A stretch of 63,723 nt of DNA, filler included, from Xylographa opegraphella (GCA_022813865.1; 5 parts of 5 records of this genome joined end to end with filler, not necessarily neighbours in it); one strand, 5' to 3'. Shown: positions 25,839 through 40,210, counted from the whole stretch's first letter. The notes: generated from the sequence alone by a model not told the origin. Program-made: numbers and translations.

Positions 25839-26431
25839 CAGGGTGAGGACACAGCGGGTGGTTAGCGCGGGTAGTGGCAAGCTATAATATTATCGGCTAG
25901 ATCACCCTGATCAGGTTAAATATCACGCTGCTGTAAATGCAAGTTTTTAATTGGTTAACGAATAATTTAAGTAATTTATTTTATTTTACAGATATTTTAA
26001 TATCCTAAATTCTAAATCGATAAAAAAGCGATTATAGCGTTTAATAATAACGTTAATTATTTTGAATCAAGGGCCGATTAAATAATAAGCGAGATTTTTA
26101 CCGAACTCGAATGCTATAATGCAGCGGGGACGAGGCGCAACTTTCTCGACTTTTTTATAGCAGCATTGTATACAACCGGGCGAAGGTCCTTGTTTTTTTC
26201 CCTGTGTGACGGCTATGACATCAGTCACAAGTAATAGGGGTCGGGCTGGATCAGGACTAGCACCTTTAGTATATAGTCTCGCCCATGGAGCAGCCTCATC
26301 GCTTCTCCATCTTAATCTGGGTTGAAATCGTCCACCTAAAGCTTACGTTCTAGGCGTGCTTGTGTGGTGAGTTGATGAGCCATAACACCCTGTCGCTGAC
26401 CGCGCTAACCACCCGCTGTGTCCTCGCCCTG
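25839..26431. mobile_element. Tc1/mariner-type MITE carrying a family B solo LTR
   Basis: TIR CAGGGTGAGGACACAGCGGGTGGTTAGCGCGG with 1 mismatch over 32 bp; TA on both sides (25837-25838, 26432-26433). Confidence 0.88.
26205..26387 (+). mobile_element. Solo LTR family B (complete, no gaps)
   Basis: TSD CCCTG on both sides. Confidence 0.92.
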
Positions 26432-26943
26432 TAAATATCGTCACAATATTCCGTACAGGGTGATAAAATATGTGACATTAATAATAAATTACCTCAACCT
26501 TTACGAGTATATAACAAATATATTTATATTAATATATAATATTAAATTTGTAATATTAAATCGTTAACATTACGTTTTGATTCAATGATCACAATGTTTC
26601 TTTATTTTTTATTCGTTTTTTATTCTTTTAATTTTATAATTATACAATAAATATATTAAATATGAAATAATTAATTCTTTTTAAATTAAGTTTATTCGTA
26701 AAATAACAATAAAATTTTGTTTAATTTGTATATTTAAAAATTAATCGAGATAATATCGAGATTTGTTAATATATTAAATAATTCTTATTATATTCATCAA
26801 CTCATAAATTTGAATCTCGAGTTAACTATTAATATTAAATTTAAAATTATTAAAAATTAAAAAATTAATATTACTCTTGAAAAAATCGTTAAAAATCAAT
26901 TTATTTCTTATTTTACAGTTAAAAATACTAAATTAAAACGTTT

Positions 26944-27000
26944 TGTTGAAAGGTACGATGGGTACTGAAGCGCAGTGGTCATTCTAGCAGAATATATGGG
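26944..27000 (-). mobile_element. LTR family E, partial at scaffold end
   Basis: Reverse complement of 54245-54301. Confidence 0.85.
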
Positions 27001-27100
27001 NNNNNNNNNNNNNNNNNNNNNNNNNNNNNNNNNNNNNNNNNNNNTTAATTAATTAANNNNNNNNNNNNNNNNNNNNNNNNNNNNNNNNNNNNNNNNNNNN
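27001..27100. other. Artificial scaffold linker
   Basis: N44-TTAATTAATTAA-N44. Confidence 0.97.
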
Positions 27101-27164
27101 AAACAAAAAACAAAAAACAAAAAACAAAAAACAAAAAACAAAAAACAAAAAACAAAAAACAAAA
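27101..27164. repeat. Microsatellite (CAAAAAA)n at scaffold start
   Basis: Mostly 7-bp tandem array. Confidence 0.9.
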
Positions 27165-27988
27165 GTATTAAATTTTTGTTTTAATTTTTTATCGTAACTA
27201 TATCGCAATAATCGATATATAATTTCCTCCCTTCGACCTTTTTAAAACGCTTTTTTATTCGAATAAAAAATTTATTAAAGAGTCGAAATTAATTAATTAT
27301 ATAAAGAAATACATTAAAATCTGCTATTTAAATAAATTTAAAAACTTTATTAACGATATTTTTTAAATAAAATGATTATTTTTTAGGCTCGCTTTTTAAC
27401 TCGAAGCTAAATATTAATTTTAAATTATTATTAAAGTTATGAATATTCTACGCGCGATAATTCTTTTAACGTTCGTTAAAACGATTTTTTTATATATAAT
27501 TTATTTTAGTTTAATTTAATTTGCTGTTAAAGCGACGCTTTTTAATGAATTTTCGAATTTCAGAAAAAGTATCACATTCGCTGAATCAATAGTGATCGTT
27601 ATCAAAAAGTATTTAAACGTTTTGCGACGTAAACTTTAATCGCTTTTCAAATTAAAAAAATATTTATAAGGATAAAAAGAGCTAGGCTTTATTTTTTGCG
27701 ATTTCGATTTTAATTTAATTTAATTTATAAAATCGCTTTCGTTTTAATCAAAAGTTTTAACTATATGTTTTTAATTTTTAAATATTTATAAAATAATCGA
27801 CTTTTTTAATCGCGTTAAATTTATCGCGAATGCCTAAATACTCCTTTGGTAAAAATTAAAAAAAAGGCCGAAAATTTATTTCATAATAAAAACGAAGGTT
27901 AAATTTATATTTTTACTAATAATTTTATTCCTTAGCTATTAAAATTTATTTTAATTTTTTTGGTATTATTATTTCGTTGCCTACTTTA

Positions 27989-28219
27989 TGTAACGGCGTG
28001 TTACATGGCACCTTAACAAGTGATAGACGGAACGGGACTAAAGCGCGTCCGGNNNNNNNNNNNNNNNNNNNNNNNNNNNNNNNNNTGGCGTTAGCACTGT
28101 TTATTTTAACTTCTACGTGTATTACTAAACTTGCTTCCTTATATTATTCTATGTTGAAATCGCTCACCTATAGCTGAGGTTCTAGGCCTGCTTTTCTGGT
28201 GAGATAGCGAGCCGTAACA
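27989..28219 (+). mobile_element. Short LTR family A
   Basis: TG...CA termini, N gap; flanks CTTTA/TATTT do not form a TSD. Confidence 0.85.
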
Positions 28220-28603
28220 TATTTAATAATGATATATTTTATATTTAAATATTATTAATATTTTAATTAATTTATAATTGATCAATTGAATATATATTAT
28301 CATAGAAAAGTTTACAATTGATGTAAAAAACGATAATTCAGGTGTAAATATTGTTAAATCAATGGCCTGTTTCTAGGTTATAGCGCGTTACCAGGTAACG
28401 CAGTTTACCAAGACTCAACCAATTCCTTCAATTTAACAGAACAGATTTTGGTCACCCCCTCTTAGTGTCCCAATGCCTTCTAGCCGTGTTTATAAGAGCT
28501 ACACATATGAGGCCTACTGTAGTTTCAAAACCTCTCCGAGGCATGGAGTTTGATCTTTCCAATTGCATAAAATTGTGAAGGTTAGCGCCACCTTGCTTGT
28601 AAT

Positions 28604-30326
28604 ATGGGCCAACACCAGTCATCGGAGGAAAAACCTGGCAGTGGAGGGGATCCGCTTGGGGATGTCAAGACATGCTATTACGAGCTTCTTAACATTCAGC
28701 CTCAGTCTTCTGACGAAGAGTATATTGTTAATATTCCCACCATAGCAGGGCAGTTGACTGATCGGCAACAGGATCAAGAAAGCCTACCGCAAAAAGGCCC
28801 TCGAGTTACATCCAGACCGGAATTATAGCAATGTGGAGGAGACCACGAAGCTCTTCGCAGAGGTTCAAGTTGCTTACGATATCCTGTCGGATTCTCAAGA
28901 ACGAGCTTGGTACGATTCGCATCGAGAGGCAATTTTGGGCACCGAGGATCCTAAAGTCGAAGATCACTATGAGCATAATGTACGGGTAACCACGGCAGGA
29001 GATATAATGAAAATGTTCATGAATTTTGATGGGCAGCTGGATTACTCTGACACTTCATTGGGGTTTTACTCGTCACTTCGAAGTGTTTTCGCTACGCTCG
29101 CAAGAGAAGAATCAACAGCCTGTGAATGCGAAGGTTATGTAGAGGTCGAGTATCCGTCTTTCGGGTCCTCTAAAGATACATATGAATGTACGGTAAAGGC
29201 GTTCTATTCTGCTTGGAGTAGCTTCGCGACAAGGAAGACCTTCTCTTGGAAGAACGTGTACCGATATAGTGAAGCCCCAGATCGCAAAGTACGACGTACG
29301 ATGGAAAAGGAAAACAAGCGCTATCGTGACGAGGCTATCAAAGAGTTCAACGAGGCGGTAAGAGCTTTAGTGGCTTTTGTAAAGAAACGTGACCCTCGAT
29401 ATATGCCAAATAGACAAACCGAAGCGGAGAGGCAACAGATTCTACGCGAGAAAGCCGTTGCACAGGCTACTCGATCCAGAGCTGCAAACCAGGCGAAATT
29501 AAAGCAGGACAACCTTCCAGACTGGGCAAAATTCACAACTCCCGAAGAGGTTGATTTTGGCGCGGACGAATCAGCGGAGGAATTTGAACCAGAAGAACAT
29601 TTCGAATGTGTGATCTGTAAGAAAAGCTTCAAGAGCGAAAAACAATGGGAAGCACACGAAAAGAGCAAGAAGCACGTCAAAGCTGTCCAGCATTTGTGTC
29701 GGACAATGCAGAAAGAGGACGAAGCTATCAGTCTGGATAATCCGAAGCATGAGCCTCGAGTCACGGCAGGATCATCAAGCGACAGAGAAGCAGCTGGAGC
29801 TGTGCTTGCATCATCCAGAGCTGATTTAATAGAGGCCGAGGATGTTCCGCTCGACGATTATAGCAAGACACCAGAAAGATTGTCAAAGAGCGTTCCACAA
29901 AATGTCAATGAGACCTCCCGTCCTACATTCTTCATGTCACCGTCAGAATTTAACGAAGCGTATGCTTCACGGGAAGAGGCAGAAAGTCGTATATCATGGA
30001 AAACTGTCACGAAGGACTCCTCTGTCACAAGTCCGCTGCCTCCCAAAACAAGTAGTGATGACCAACTTGATGCATTTGAAACGTTATCAGTAATTCAGAG
30101 CAAGGAATATTCTGATTCACCCAAGATGGGTAAAGCCAAAGAAAAGCGGGCGAAGAAAGCAGCTCAAAAGACATCGAATGCGGCTGAGGGGCAGTTGCGT
30201 TTCAAATGTGTCTCTTGCATGATTGGCTTTTCTTCGAAAACACAGCTTTTCAATCACATCAAGGACTTCGATCACGCGGCGCCTGTGGTCAAGGCTGCCG
30301 GGACGAAGAAAACTAAGAATCAGTGA
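28604..30326 (+). CDS. JJJ1: DnaJ-domain co-chaperone with C2H2 zinc fingers (Jjj1/DNAJC21); 1 intron at about 28720-28771
   Basis: KTCYYELL...IKKAYRKKALELHPDRN, ERAWYDSHRE, zuotin-homology region, CVICKKSFKSEKQWEAHEKSKKH and CVSC...HIKDFDH fingers. Confidence 0.92.
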
Positions 30327-30849
30327 ATCCTTGTGCAGTTTTGAAAGACGACCTGATTTTGTTCTTTACACAAACATTATCTATAGCATCACATTTGCAT
30401 AGCGCGGAGTTGTTGTATTTTGGAGTACGATACCCCAATGTATTTGAAGTAAATAGAATCCAGTAGTGCCAAGCCTGTTGTTGAATCCTGAGAATGACTT
30501 TGAATTGTAGAGATGACATTTCGACTTCGAGGTCGTCTGGCATCCAACAAGGCAGAGATATCAGTGCATGAGGCGAAAAGGTTGATGTTGAGACCACCCA
30601 ACCGACATGCATAATGTAAGAAAGAGTGGAACTGGATAGGATACTTCTCTTGTATATGTGCCCGGTGGTGAAGTACTTTGAGTCGTCTGTCATTGTATGC
30701 TTTCGCTGGCAGTAGCTTAACACCATTTGCTGATCAATACTTTCACACGCACAGCAGCATTTGATTGACCCAAAGTAATACTCAATAGCTATAGCGTGAC
30801 AACACACTGCTGCACTAGCGGCGGACTCATGCTTGGGTTTACGTCTGAT

Positions 30850-32874
30850 CTACCCCAGGAGCATCCGCCTCGGGTCTTCAATATACTCTTTGACCTATAA
30901 GTGTTCAGCAATCTGGACGTCGCGTCTAGGACAAATAGTGGCTTACTTTGACTAGGAACATTACTGCTTCCCTTCCGTCAAGAAGGCGGTGATCGTAAGT
31001 GAGAGCAAGGTACATCATCTAACCCGCATCAGCATCATCTCTCTTCCCGACACAATATACTGACAGGCCTGATCTCCACCTTGCCATTGATAGCAACCGG
31101 TCGGTCTTTGATCGCATGTAAACCCAGCACGGCTGTCACGTTATTAGTTGCAAAACTTGTTTCGTGTCGTGGCGGATCTTACCCGTTTGGGGAAGGTTGA
31201 TTATTGGCGTTCCCATCATAGAGCCGAAGACACCACCCTGATACCCGTGATTAAATGTTCCATTGCATAAGCTGCTCCAAATCCACTTACATTGCTGATG
31301 GTGAACGTTCCACCCGCCATATCTTCGATCGTAAGCTTCCCATCCCGAGCCTAAACACAGTGTCAGAAATCGCCAATCCGGATTTGAGTATTCAGGCTTT
31401 CTGACCTTCTTTCCTAACTCTGCTATGGCGCTCTCTATACCAACCAGGTCGAGAGACTCAATGTTACGCACTACCGGAGTCACAAGACCCTTTTCGGTTG
31501 CCACAGCCACACTAATATCGACATAATCGCGGTATACGATAGTGTCCCCACCGCCAGAGCCTTCGATGGAGGCATTGACAGCTGGGATATCCTTCATGGC
31601 CAAAATGCAGGCGCGGGAAAATGCACCCATGAAGCCTAATTTGACACCTGTAGTATTGAGTATCTCGTCTTTATAAAGCTTTCGAAATCCCATCATTGAC
31701 GACATATCAACCTCGTTGAAAGTCGTCAAAGATGCAGCAGTATTTTGCGATTGCTTTAAGCGTTCAGCAATCCTGAGGCGCATACGGTTCATCTTAACCT
31801 AAGTTCAAAGTCAGTCATTTATTGCAAAGGAGTGAATATGTTATCAGTACCCTTCGTTCTTCCCTATTGCCAAAAGAGGCACCGTCTAGGGTACCTTTTC
31901 CAACTTGAGACTTTGACAGCGGGAGTTTTGTAGAAGGATTGTCTTGTTTGGCAGGACCCAGTTTCACGTCTTGCTCGGGAGTGTCTTGTTTTGAGATTCC
32001 CTTCTTCGGAGCATCTTGCTTCGCTGTAGCTTCCTTCTTATCTGGTGTAGGAGAGGCTTGGCCATGTTTGGAATTTGGATTGTCGTCGGAAGGTTCTGGA
32101 TCCGAGGAGGTTTCTTGCGCGTCTGAGGCTGGAGACTTGGGCTCTGAGGTTGCCTTTTCTTGGTCTCCTGTTTGAGGCTCACCGCCAAGTTCCATCTTCA
32201 CCAGATCTTGTCCCACAGTTACAGTATCCTCCTCATTCACAAGGTACTCCTTGATAGTCCCTGCTTCCGGGGCATTCACAGCCACATCGATCTACAGGGA
32301 CGAAGCTTTAGTATGCAAGAATTCTATGCAATGGGTCGTTGATCAAATTTACCTTATCTGTCTCGATCGTCGCGATTTCCTCATCTTGTTCAACATAGTC
32401 TCCAATATCTGCAGAGATCTTAGCACGAGATCACCCAACTGCTATTTCAATTTGAGGTTTAGCATATCTTTTGACTTACGTTTTGACCATTGCTTTAAGG
32501 TTCCTTCAGAGATCGATTCGGCCATTGTCGGTACCTTGACTATCTTATCCGCTAAGAGAGGTCATGAGCTCCTTTAACCCATCGTAATATGATTAAAATA
32601 CCGTAAGATCTTCTTATGAGCAATGGTAACTGAAAACGAGTTGATACCGAGCCTTGTGACCTAAAAGATCGTGGTCAGAGAGATTCAGGACCTCATGTGA
32701 AATTTACCATAACTGCGCATGAGTTACTCCAGACAAGACGATACGTAGGTCAGTAGACGCTCTTCGAGGAGACCTTCGAGAAGAAAATACGCGTAGCTGA
32801 GAGATTGCAGAACAGCTTATGCAGCGGGTACGAAGTACAGAGCTTGTACGACCGGGTCCGGACCGTAAATGCAT
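30850..32874 (-). CDS. KGD2: Dihydrolipoamide succinyltransferase (E2 of 2-oxoglutarate dehydrogenase); many introns
   Basis: Arg/Ser-rich presequence, lipoyl domain ([23 protein letters not shown]), [44 protein letters not shown]. Confidence 0.95.
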
Positions 32875-33238
32875 TGCACTGAAGGGGTAATCTGGGGCAG
32901 CTTCGGGTAAGGAATGGGACCGCTGGGCTCGAATAATAACAAGAGCTGGAAAATTACAAGGAAACCAAAAGAGGCTTGGGTAGATTCATGGCTATGGCTG
33001 ATGTGTTCTTTAAGCAAAAGGAATTGAAGGTTGGAGCTCCATCAAAGCTCCCGCAATCTTTGGTGTGCCAAGCATTGTGAGTTTGAGTTTCTGCTGATTG
33101 CCGACACCCATCATGCTCTTGATTCAGCTCTTCACTTTATTACAGACAAAGCACCAATTACAAGTGCCTAGCAAAGAGCATATGGGCGAGCCGTTCTCCT
33201 GAATGTAACCGCTCAATCACTCGATACCAAGCCCCACA

Positions 33239-33761
33239 ATGGCTACTAAGCAAGCCGTCATGTGGGTAAATGCCCGGACCTTCTCGAGAGCTTGTGATAA
33301 TGTTGTATGAACAGATCCTTGTATCGACGCTCTCTAAAGCTTTCACTTGACTGGGCAGTTCATCGATATATTTGGCGCGGTCAGGCCATTTACATCCGGT
33401 CTTTGTTTGAGGCCAATAAAGACGTGAGAGAACCACGGCAGCAGAGGGTGAGCCACAGAGCACAGAGAACAGAGCACGGTTGTTGCGGAATCTGTGGGCT
33501 TCCGACTGACTCCTTGTAGGTGTTGTTCCAAGAGACTGAGGCTTTACTCGAGCAATGGAAACATCCTGATCCGTACCATGCGCCGACGGCTCCAGGAGGT
33601 CAGTGGATCTGGCACCCTTTGTGAAGTACCTAATAATTGTCAGGATCTAAATACGAGCGGAACATACCAGCACCCATTTTAGATCGTAAGCTGAAGCCAT
33701 ATTCCGTGTACAATTTGGAGAAGCTGATTTCCTCCCAGCTCCGCCCCACATGATTCTATAG
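33239..33761 (+). CDS. Complex I LYR-family subunit B22 (NDUFB9-like); 4 introns
   Basis: SLYRRSLKLSLDWAVHRYIWRGQAIYIRSLFEANK...WKHPDPYHAPTAPGGSKYERNIPAP. Confidence 0.9.
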
Positions 33762-34386
33762 GAGGACGGCGACGCATTGGGCCACAGACGTTACCTACCT
33801 TACGCTGGATACAGTGCTAGTAATACTTAGTCGGGATCTCTGCTAGTTTTCGGACTCGAAGCTTTGATGCAGCACTTGACACAGGACGCAACACTTCAGC
33901 GACACTGCATGCATTGTTTCTTGGTTAGAAATTACGCTCGTAGGTTAGGGATGTACGCATCATCCATGGTTTCGTCATCAGTGCTCTTCAAGTGATTGAT
34001 CAAACCTTTCGAAAAATCTATGTTTGGGGTTTGAATATCTGCAACCACCGCACCGACATTGGTCACCGGGTTGCACCTGTGTGTTTTGGACAGCCCGGTG
34101 AACAGCGTTGGTGTGGTGATTGCAGATATTACAGCAGAATACTCTATTCAGGGTGGCCGGAGGTCTTTCCAGAGGCGCCTAGTCAGCAAGATGTAAAGAT
34201 TAGAGAGCACGCTTTTCGTAATGTGATCAGATTCTTGGATATCTAGAACCAGGCCATCACCATAGCCACGGAAATACTATACATCCGAAGCGCAGAAAAC
34301 AAAGCCGTAAACCCGATGCCCGCCGAAACCCCATAGACACATGAAAAAGCTCACTAATCCATTCCCAATCCATACGTACAACCAGA

Positions 34387-35024
<638 letters not shown>

Positions 35025-35455
35025 TTTGATAAAACTCGTGGAGAAGCACGCAGCTGGTTTTAATCACGGAGTAATGATATGAGAAATACGGCGGTACTTG
35101 GCACAGTGGATATTTGATGGTATGAACAAAGATGGATGGAAGGAAGAGACACGGGCTGCTAGGCACTAAGTAGTCGTCGCTGCTGTGTCTGAATCACACG
35201 AAACATTACCTAAAACTACCCCACTAGTCTGGTTCTTTGAGCTAGATGTTGTGGTGTCGCTAAACCGTCACGACGCGCTAAGCCATCACTCGCTTGCGGC
35301 CCCGCGAGTATAATAGTCGTCTCTACTCATTATTTCTTTTCTTACCCTTACATCCAACCGTCCACAGTGAAAGTATCTCAGTCAGCTACAGTCACCGAAC
35401 CTCATTTCATCGAACCTTTCTTAGTGTCATTCTATAGTCGCAAACTTCATCAAAG

Positions 35456-36050
<595 letters not shown>

Positions 36051-36488
36051 GGTTTTTGATTATTGGACTATTTGGGTCTGACGAATTACATACCTCCGTT
36101 GATGATACGGGGAAGTTCGGGTGGGATCTGTACGGTGTTTTCGGGGGTTTAATGTGGTCAGCGGGATAGTTCATGTGTGCCACATGCCTTCATTGGATGC
36201 CTTTTCATGGCATGCTCTGTACATTAAGGAATTCGAGAAGCTTTACGAATCAAACGTTGGACTTGATTGCTTTGATATCTGGTATGACAGCTGTTACATA
36301 ACAACCAACATCAAGGTTGGAGAAGCACCGATTGTCCTATGATGTCTTAAATGCTTGTTGCTACATCTGTGAACGGCGTTTCTGACTGACTAAACTGGAT
36401 TGTCTTCGGAAGCATCCCTTTCGTCAAAATTCTTTACTGTGCATTTACCACACTCATACTCAATATTGAAAACCACCGTTTGTATCTC

Positions 36489-38022
36489 CTACAGAGGAAG
36501 ATCCACTAATTCGCCGTCACCATCATCGATGGCGCGAGCTTCATCCTCTTCATTCCCCTCCTCATTCCCCTCGTCATCGAAGCTTTGTACTTCCACTACA
36601 GCGTCAGCTCGCTCAGCTGGATGCCCCTGATATGCAGGCTCAGAGTCCGCAACATGAATGATCGGTTTTCCCTTCGTTTCCCCAACAGCCTGCCTCCATT
36701 TTTGCCAATCTGTTTGATCTCGTATTAAAAACGCCACAAGCATACTTGGATCCATATCCTTAGTATGCAGTCGTCGTAATCGTCGTGTGTGACATGAGTC
36801 AATTTCTTCAACCGTATATTCATCATGTATTTCATGCCAAAGCAAAGCAGGCCGAGTTTGATGTGGATCATGGTAAAAGAAATAGTCCCCTTGCACACCG
36901 GAGAAATAATGTGAAGACGATGGACGCCCGCTATACAATCCCGGTCAATCATCGTACTTTCAATTGAATTGTAACGTGACTAACCCTGCAATGCCAACAG
37001 CTTGCGGAAGCTGCAGTGACGATTTAAGGGCTTCCCAATAGACAGGAGTGACTCTATCGATCCCTAATCTGATACCGAGGAGAATGAGTACAGGGTGGAA
37101 GACTCCCTTTTCGGCTCGAGCGAGCTTCAAGAAGGTATCTTCGTAAACATCTGCCCCATCACCAGCAATGTAAACCTTGAGTCCGTCGTCCTGCTGACCT
37201 TCGGAAAGTGCCCTATACAGCTTCAGCTATTTCTTGAAATACTTGGGATTCGAGGGACAGACTGAATACATCTTGCCGTCGCAGACGGGCCGAACCATTC
37301 ACCCGGGTGTTTGTCACAGGCCGCTGCTCCATGTTCGACGAAATTGTGAATTGAATATGGAGCTTTTGGGTCGTCCGCAAACAACGCGAGTAGTTCCCGC
37401 TCGTCTTGCTGTCGAGCTCCACGTCTCCAAGCTACCAAGATGTTAAGTAATATGCTATCAAAACATCTAGAAGCAGCTTACCTCTTCCAAAACGGAGAAT
37501 TCCTAAAGCATTAGCCAACAAACATTGCCCAGACCGAATCATGCATCCCCAACCAGTGTCTGATGTGAAACCAGCTTGATCGATAAGCTGACCACGCAGT
37601 CTTACAGAGAGACTCATGGAATGATTTGCAGTGGTGTCTAATGATTTCTTAATGGGTTGAAAGTGTGATCGGTAAGTAAACCAAAACCTAGACTCGAAAT
37701 CGTCCAGAAAATCACAAGGCCAAATGCGGTCTCCGTCACTGCCGGGATGTGTCATTGTGCCTCCATTCGCGTCACAGCTTTGAGGCTTCCCATTGATCGT
37801 TACATCAGCAGAAATAATTACAGTCTCGTTGTCGCTCTTAGGTACCTCTGTGGGTGGTGTTCTATTCTCCTGCAAGTTTGAAGACTCGCATGAACCAGGG
37901 TTGCACATATACTCCTTCCCTAAACACCATATTGGTGAACGTAAAGGGTCATCGTTTTTGGGTTCGGGGTCCCAGAAGTACTGTACAATACGCTTGTATC
38001 TTCCAAAATCGACGCTGGCCAT
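36489..38022 (-). CDS. ATG4: Autophagy cysteine protease Atg4; 3 introns
   Basis: FTSDTGWGCMIRSGQCLLANAL (catalytic Cys), GEWFGPSATARC, GRPSSSHYF, YHDPH, MDPSMLV. Confidence 0.95.
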
Positions 38023-38391
38023 GACTTGCAAACCTAATGATGTAGATACAGGGTTGTGGGCTTCAAGATGAGAGTATTGCGGGAATACACGAGCTTGAAA
38101 CTTAAACGGATTTCCGTTTGTTTAGCAGGTATTAAAAGAATGAAGAATGAAAACTACATCCTGCAGCGCCAAGTATAACAATTGAGAAGTCTGCCAGGCT
38201 ATTAGTATGCATGAAAGTTAGTGGTTGTAGAGCTATGTCTTGATGACAGCAAGCAAACGCATGCTGGTCGTCAGATGATGGCTGTACTCCGTAATGGAGT
38301 TGGTTAAGGTCGTTCCAGGCATCACTCGCAAAAGGCTCCCGTCCCTAGCGCTATCCTATCCTATCGAACGTTCTTAAACTCACAATACATT

Positions 38392-38530
38392 AACATATAT
38401 TAAATTATGTAATAATATATTATAGTATAGGTGATTCATCAATATAATACAATAAATAAAAACGTAATCATTTGGTAAATATTACGTAAATAACGTTGAT
38501 TGTATAAATTATTTTAAAATTACGTAAAAT
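38392..38530 (+). repeat. Island-border repeat, copy 2
   Basis: AATTATGTAATAATATATTATAGTATAGGTGATTCATCAATATAATACA aligns with the 44860 and 15435 copies. Confidence 0.7.
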
Positions 38531-38893
38531 ATTACAATTACGATTAATTGATTAATTATTTTTATATCGATGTAAACTTTTAAAGGGAGTTATACAGAAT
38601 TCAATTATTAATATTTATATATATAAACGAAAATGTAAAATTATATATTTTTTTAATATTTTTCATGCGTTCGATTTACGTATAATGAATAAATATCGTA
38701 ATTATTGTAATTAATTTTTTTCTTTGAATTTTTTAATTTTTTTACATCGATCGCTTTTAATAACGTATTAATTTTATATTTATTATATTTTTATTAAAAA
38801 GAATCAAATTTTAATAGTCAATATTTGTTATTTTTAATAATTATTCGTGAAATATTTATAATCATAATAAAATATACACCGTAAAATTATATT

Positions 38894-39460
38894 TGATAAG
38901 ATTCTGGCCAATACTGCGTGGAACAGTGGTCGGGGGAATTTTATTCCGGTCGCTTCTTCCGCCTCCAATAAAGGCACAGGAGGTATAACCCCCTTTGCCT
39001 CGATGGCCTCTCGTAAAGGTATAAAAAATACTTTAAATAAAACTTTTATATAAAATAAAGAATTCCGTTTATTATAAAAAATATGTTTAATTTATATTAT
39101 AATTTAATTTATAAAATAAGAACTTTCAATATAAATAAATATTGTACGAAAAGTAGTATGTTTTTAAAATGATTAACTTATTATTATACCTTTTAATTTA
39201 TTTATTGACGAATTCAACCCAAATTTTTAATTAAACTATATGTTAATTGGTAGAAGCATCACTTGCTGGTAGGCATAAAGGAATACCTGAAGGCTAGTTC
39301 TATTTATGTATAGCGTAGTTCTGTACTAGCGTAGGAGGTATATGTCACGTTCTCGTGGCCTATACCGAACTTCACCGAATATACGATTACTGTTGCCCCC
39401 GCCCTGATCCAAATACACGTGCCTTTTAATACTATATTAATAAAATTCAGAATTGTAATA
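38894..39460 (+). mobile_element. Solo LTR family D, partly RIP-mutated, with nested family G LTR
   Basis: TGATAAGATTCTGGCCAATACTG...AATTGTAATA; TSD ATATT on both sides. Confidence 0.8.
39241..39431 (+). mobile_element. Solo LTR-like family G (191 bp, TGTTAA...TTAATA)
   Basis: GC-rich insert with TSD CTATA on both sides; strand is arbitrary. Confidence 0.8.
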
Positions 39461-40149
39461 ATATTCGAGTCGTAATAAATATATAATTAATTATTTCTTA
39501 ATTTTATTTTTAAGCCTTTTACGTTCGTATAAAATAAAATTTTGAAACTCGATATTCAAATAAAAAACGGGTTTTTCTTCGATTACGTTAAATAACTTTT
39601 AAAATAAACGACTGCGCACGTTTTAAATTAATATAAATTTTTATAATCGATCGTTTCGTAAAGTTTGCGCCTGCTACGCGCCCCAGGAAATTAAAAGTTT
39701 ATATTACACGTTTTTTAAAACTCGATATTAAAATAAAAATTACATTTCTTTTAAATTTATTACAATTCTGAATTTCACTGATATAATTCAATTTAAAATC
39801 TCAGAATTATTAAAAAGAAATCGAATATTTCGCTTAAAGAAATTTGATTTAAAATATTATATAATTTTTATCACTATATTTTTTTATTAGTAAATAAATT
39901 TAAAAAATTTTAATTTTAATTTTAAATATCGTAAAACTTTTAAATTATTTTATATTTACGTTATTTAAATTTAAAAATATTTTTTAAATAAAACGTTATT
40001 TACTTTACATTTATTATTACATATATTAACAAAAAGGAAAAAGGAAAATTCGATCAAAAAGTATACTTTTTGCGCAAAAAGTAAATCTGCAAAAATAGCA
40101 CAAGATTTTCAAAATTTGCATGCTTTTTGCATATTTTTTATGTATTCAA

Positions 40150-40210
40150 TGTGACGGCTATGACATCAGTCACGGGTAATAGGGGTCGGGCTGGATCAGG
40201 ACTAGCACCT
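40150..40210 (+). mobile_element. LTR family B, partial at scaffold end
   Basis: TGTGACGGCTATGACATCAGTCAC...; inserted in a copy of the TIR element. Confidence 0.85.

Noticed and set aside
27101..27164. Scaffold-terminal simple repeats as telomeres (also 40311, 53446)
   Set aside because: Three different units and none is TTAGGG-like; ordinary microsatellites where the assembly broke.
30850..33761. Divergent KGD2/NDUFB9-like pair as a mitochondrial gene cluster
   Set aside because: Only two genes; divergent housekeeping pairs are common in compact fungal islands.
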